Position numbers and translations under genes: made by a program. 64,000 nucleotides of DNA from Plasmodiophora brassicae (taxonomy: Eukaryota), in the NCBI GenBank assembly GCA_036867785.1, contig CP145413.1:496001-560000 (forward strand), given 5' to 3'. The notes beneath the pieces are model-generated. The model ran no database searches. It saw nothing but the letters and a program-made list of their open reading frames with translations, and was not told the origin of the DNA. Every line of letters starts with the position of its first letter. Position 1 is the first letter of the stretch. Shown piece by piece: positions 59,352 through 64,000 of the stretch.

Positions 59352-60185
59352 ATGCTGTATAAGGCGTTGGCGATAATCGGCAGTGCGGTAGCCTGGAGGG
59401 CGGTCGCAGAGACGTGCTGTGCGCGCCTGCAAGTGACAGCACTGGGGCAGTTGTCGTCGACGACTGCGTCGTGTACGAATTTAGAATCCGGGACGACGTT
59501 GATAGAGCAACCCGGAGGGTATGATGAGCTAGTCGGGCAGCGGGACCCGAATCCATACGTCATGGTGTGCACCGTATACGATCCCGGAACGTTTCGCTGG
59601 TGGCTGAACGGCCTCACAATGCAAGCACTGTCATCGTGCTCGTCGATGCCGCCCGTGACATGCACAACGCAACAGAAGGTCGGTCTGCCGTGGAACACAC
59701 GCCGACTATCGGTGAACCCTGATTCACAGCCGCTGACCGTCGACGGTGACCTAAACGTCGTCCTGGCCTGGGGGTACTACACCAACTTCAACACGTCGTC
59801 GCGGCCCTGTGGCGCCACGGGCGACATGCAGGCGACGGATCCGTCCACCGGATGCCAAATCCTGATGCCGTCCGCGATCCAAGCGACCGCCTCGCTCACG
59901 GCAGGCAGTACCGTCACGTTCACGAGGCAGTTCCGCGTCAAGCAAGTCGTTGGGCCCGGGAGCGACCACGCGGGTCCGTTGTGGGAAACCATGTGGTTGA
60001 CCGTCGGGACCAGCACGCTCTTGATCGTTGCCGTCGGAGCCTGCGGCGGCTGCTGCTGCTGCTGCCTGGGCTGCGGCATCTGGTGCAATCAGTGTCGCAA
60101 GCGTCGCCAGTGGCAGCGCCTGGCGAACGGTGCCGGCCCAGTGGCAGCGACCATCGCCACGACACCGAAACCCAACCCATGGTAG
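59352..60185 (+). CDS. Type I membrane/surface protein with Cys-rich juxtamembrane segment
   Basis: Signal peptide MLYKALAIIGSAVAWRAVA; Cys-containing ectodomain; TM followed by CGGCCCCCLGCGIWCNQCRKRR. Confidence 0.75.
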   Translation: MLYKALAIIGSAVAWRAVAETCCARLQVTALGQLSSTTASCTNLESGTTLIEQPGGYDELVGQRDPNPYVMVCTVYDPGTFRWWLNGLTMQALSSCSSMPPVTCTTQQKVGLPWNTRRLSVNPDSQPLTVDGDLNVVLAWGYYTNFNTSSRPCGATGDMQATDPSTGCQILMPSAIQATASLTAGSTVTFTRQFRVKQVVGPGSDHAGPLWETMWLTVGTSTLLIVAVGACGGCCCCCLGCGIWCNQCRKRRQWQRLANGAGPVAATIATTPKPNPW

Positions 60186-60216
60186 TAAACGATGCGAACG
60201 CGAACCGCCTGTGTGT

Positions 60217-60741
60217 TCATTCGGGATGCGGGAACTGGCAGAACGCGTCGTCGAGGAACGTCTTGAACGCGGTTAGTTGCTGTCTGACCAGCCCGGCCGG
60301 CGTCGTCTGGTCGGTGCACATGCCGAACAGGAACGATGCCACAGGGGCGACGACGAGCTTGCCGGCATCGCAGTCGATGCTGACCGACCTCAGTTGCGAC
60401 GACGCCAGCGCCTCCCGCCCGTCCATATCGTAGCACTGCCAGATCAGCGACACGATGCCGCCGACAACCTTCTCCGACGACCGGTCGCCGGCGAACGCCA
60501 GCAGCGACCCGTCCGGCTTCATCAGGAAGCAGCACTGCACGCCATCGACGCACGACCGCTCCAGGGCGTCCTGCAGGACGGACCACTTCACGAACGACCG
60601 CCCGTCCCCATCATCACCGCTGCTGGCGCGATCCGCCGTCCCCGCGGTGCCGCCGCTGCCCACTTCTTCGGCGCTCGCCTCGGCGTCCCTCTCCATGTCC
60701 GCCGCACCGCCCTTGGAGTGCGACTCGTTCAAAACGGCCAT
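60217..60741 (-). CDS. LAMTOR2: Ragulator subunit LAMTOR2-like (Roadblock/LC7)
   Basis: GVQCCFLMKPDGSLLAFAG, VVGGIVSLIWQCYD, IDCDAGKLVV, TPAGLVRQQLTAFKTFL. Confidence 0.8.
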   Translation of the reverse strand: MAVLNESHSKGGAADMERDAEASAEEVGSGGTAGTADRASSGDDGDGRSFVKWSVLQDALERSCVDGVQCCFLMKPDGSLLAFAGDRSSEKVVGGIVSLIWQCYDMDGREALASSQLRSVSIDCDAGKLVVAPVASFLFGMCTDQTTPAGLVRQQLTAFKTFLDDAFCQFPHPE

Positions 60742-60933
60742 CCCTGGTCGCTGGTAGGTACATCGTATAATGCAAACACCACCGTCGACACACGATGTCA
60801 GGTGTCGGGGGCGGGCGCCATCATCGCAGGTGCACCCCGAGCCGTCAGACGTGCTGCTACGATTCGCCCGGTCGAACCGAAGTAGGGGAACAGAGCAGGC
60901 TGCCAACCGGTGGCAGATAGAGGCGTTCGGTTG

Positions 60934-62073
60934 TTACTGTGCGTTGTTGCGTTCCTCCTCCTCCTGTATCAACTGGTCGAGCTCGTCGGTCATCTCCTGC
61001 AGCCGGTCCTGGATGCGCCTCGTGATCGCGGCGTACAAAGGCTCGTCGCTACAGAGCGCAGTGAGGAGCCGTGGTCAGTGTGGGCGATATACGTCGTACT
61101 GACTTGACGGCCCCAGAATTGGCGTGCACCTCGACGAGATCGTCGTACTCGATGGGATTCCCGCATAGAACGCGAACCTGGTTTCCGCATTGAATGCTGA
61201 TGCTCCCCAGTTTCAAATTCGACATACCCGATGGCCAAAGCGAGGCATCCAGGTATGGAGCGGCAGGACATCTTGCATGCCCCGATGCACGATCGGGATG
61301 ATGATGGGACGACGATAGTGACGCCCGATCTCGACGGCGACCTTGCCGACGCCCCACCGCAACGGATGAAGGGCCAGGCGTGAGTTCGCGGCGCTCTGGA
61401 TAACCTTGCCTTCAGGGAATACGTTGATCCATTGCCCGTCGCAGCCGTATTTCACTATGCGTCCCACACCCTGAAAGCAGCATCGGATTCGGTAGGGAAA
61501 CGTCGATGATGATGATGCCTACCGGTTGCAACAGTCCAGCGCCTCGGACAATGGGAATGGTCTTGCAATTGCCGAAGAATGCACTGCACAGCGAGTTCTT
61601 GAAGCAGATCTCACTGGCACACCTGTGCGATCTCTGTGAGCATCCCACAGAGCCGACTGCAGCCGGGTCGATGTCGAACCATGACCAGTTGCAGCGATCT
61701 GGGTCCCGAAGGACGGCCACTGGAGCGATGGCGGCAAGCAGGACAGGGTCGTCAATCGTGGAGTTGTGGTTCATGACAGTGATCATAGGCTGCCGAACGG
61801 ACCTGTGCGGACGCGTCTCATGCTACCTTGAATTGCAACAGGTTCGCCCAAACTATATTGATGCCTTTCCGCAATATGCCGTACGAACTGGTCGCCATTG
61901 TAGACGCGCGTGTCGTTTAGGCCGAAGAGCAGGGCGCGCGACACCGCGCCGACACCGACAAAGAAGATCGACTGGAACAGGTCCTGGAGCAGGCTCCGGT
62001 CCACGTCGGGCTTGGCGGCATCATTGGCCGGCCATGGGAACGTCGCCGATCCCGACACTGGCCAGCGGCCCAT
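60934..62073 (-). CDS. TAZ: Tafazzin (cardiolipin transacylase), multi-exon
   Basis: ITVMNHNSTIDDPVL, CASEICFKN, IPIVRGAG, WINVFPEGKV, LRWGVGK, PIVHRGMQDVLP. Confidence 0.92.
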
Positions 62074-63583
62074 CCAGGCACCACCACCACCCAGCTCTGG
62101 GAGGCAATTGTTGACGCTGGCGGCCTGGCCTCTTTTGCCGGAAGTATACCCAGGGCTATTTTATTGAGCAGCGAGGCACGCCAACGGCATGGTACTCTGG
62201 ACACGATTGAAACACCTGGTGCGAATGTGATACGGTTATGCCGAACTTGGGCGTCGGTCGTCCTGCCTTGTATAGTCGATCCTGGGCCCATTTCGGCTGG
62301 TCGTCGCAGTGCGCGCTGAAGTATGGGCGGGCAAGGGCGAACGTGCCGGTACCGCGTTCGTGTCGACCATGGTCGGATGTAGACCTAAACGGTAGGCGGT
62401 CGGCAGAACGCGAACAGCAATGCCCGGGTTACACAAAACAGGAGCTCCGGATGACGTTCCGTTGCCCTTGTGCCGCTGACCTACATTTCATATCGGAATT
62501 CGAAATCGATGCCTTGATCAGCAAGAATCGACCATCGATGTCGGCAAGGTGCGTCCAAGGCTCCAAGCTCTCTGGGTTCAGTTGCTGGGAGCAGCGAACA
62601 TTGTCGATCGGAAGAATGACGTCAGGCTGTCGTCCGGAGGGTGGATTCGGCCCATGCACGCTTCGCCATTTACCGTCGATAGGAACGTCACGCAGCACTT
62701 GGAGCTAATCCGTGTACACACGTGGTCAGCCTATTGGCAGCATATAAAGGCATTCATTCGTCATCAGTTCCGCGTTCTATGTGATGCGGGTACCGGCGGG
62801 CATGCCCATGAGAGTGAAGAATGAGATGGGTCATGGCATGGAGCGGTGCGGGCCCATTTCGGATGGTCCTCGGACTTGTTGCATAACATCGACATTACGT
62901 CGCGACGCACGTTCAGATCGCATTCGTCCCGAACGTACACGTTGCCCGTCACCACTCTTGATAGGTTGCCTACGGGACGACGCGAACATCGATGTGCAAT
63001 GTTCAAACAAGCCCCCGAGTGCACAAATCGCATATTCTCGATCGGCTTGGATCGCTTTGCTACAAGATGAGACTCGGCGCATGACGCCTGTTTGCGGGTT
63101 GTGACTTGTGAAAACGAAAATCGAGCGGAGCCGTTCATTCTACAAGGACTGCCACTGGCGCGCGTCAACCCTCTGTGCTTGCAATGTGCAGGGTGATGTT
63201 GTTGTCGTTTGCGTTGCAATGAGCAGAATGCAGTCAGGAACGCTGGGCACAGCTACAGTACGTAGGCAGTGGCGCCCCGCGCCAGCCCAGCAACAAGTTC
63301 CTACCTAAACATGTTGCTGGGACATCGCGGTACTCCAATCGTGGGTGGACATCAACGTCGCTAATGCTCGCTCTGATTTCATGTCGTCTCTTGAATAACG
63401 TGCTGACGGGGTGTGCTGCGCCTCGTCGGATAGAAATACGTTCTGTCCTAACGACGAAGCCACGTAAGGATTCGGCAGCCCCTACTCAGCGCGACACCTT
63501 GCTGCATTTAGAATGTTGTGCCCCGTTGCTTGCTGTCTGGCACTATATAGGCCAAGTCCCAAATCGAGCTACGCCAATGTATA

Positions 63584-63894
63584 TTACGCGAGTTGCCCGA
63601 TGGGGAATACCCAGACACGTGCACGAAGCAGCTGGACGCACATGAGGAGCTTCGAATCAGGAGACCATTCTGCGCAGGTTCAGCGGTGTCCACACGTACA
63701 ACCAGCCACCCGCGCGCCCTACCAATATGCTGGACAATGTCGCAGCACTCGCAGACATCAACGACCTCGAGCGTGTCCGCGTCGCGTACGGTGACGCGCA
63801 TCTCGTCCGCCGTCGCCAGCATCGACCCGCATGGCGAGTACTTGGCTGTCGCTGCGCCTTCGCTCGACACCTTAAACGGCTCCGAGAAGTCCAT
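63584..63894 (-). pseudogene. WRAP73: 5' fragment of WD40 protein WRAP73/WDR8 (truncated)
   Basis: MDFSEPFK...KYSPCGSMLA...RVTVRDADTLEV...C.DIVQHI|EWSPDSKLLMC...RARVWVFPIGQLA*; intron 63670-63722; similarity stops after ~85 codons. Confidence 0.65.
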
Positions 63895-64000
63895 CGCGAG
63901 TCGCGACCTATGAACCGATGCGGCGCGGCGCGCGCCCCGCGCGACCCTGCTCTTCCCCGCACGCGCTCTACCAGGTGCAATATGCGCCGTTTATGACGGA

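Noticed and set aside
62236-62262. Minus-strand peptide RPTPKFGI resembling WRAP73 RANPKIGI
   Set aside because: Flanking residues show no WD40 similarity and there is no room for the remaining protein before tafazzin; probably chance
1-64000. CRISPR arrays, rRNA genes, prokaryotic operons
   Set aside because: None seen; intron-containing eukaryotic genes throughout

Overview
Gene-dense eukaryotic (protist) DNA, roughly 55-65% GC, with short GT-AG introns (~50-65 bp) and very short intergenic spacers. The style and gene content (GH18 chitinase with a Cys-rich chitin-binding-like N-terminus, secreted lectin) suggest a phytomyxid such as Plasmodiophora brassicae; this is inference. About 30 protein genes are recognisable. 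They include CAND1, TMEM128-like, EBP2, a membrane-anchored SET protein, eIF2D, CEP57-like, GH18 chitinase, SUEL lectin, MTRR, La, ENPP, a DEAD-box helicase, histone H2B, a PHD protein, an SVOP-like MFS, a bacterial-type MMPL/RND transporter, ZCCHC17-like, NDUFA5, SAP18, copine-like, an SGNH/PC-esterase, RCC2, LAMTOR2, tafazzin and a truncated WRAP73. Two fold-back structures stand out. (1) A 3.3-kb palindrome (43753-47041) carries two intact, convergent copies of an orphan gene with acylation-like and WxxL motifs. (2) A 1.57-kb non-autonomous Copia-like LTR element (57683-59254) has LTRs, a TSD and a primer site matching the 5' half of tRNA-Lys(CUU). Its pol is replaced by a ~380-bp inverted copy of gag, making it a candidate hairpin-RNA 'killer' element, and it sits between two secreted/surface protein genes. 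Exon boundaries were read by eye and all gene names come from recalled motifs, not searches.
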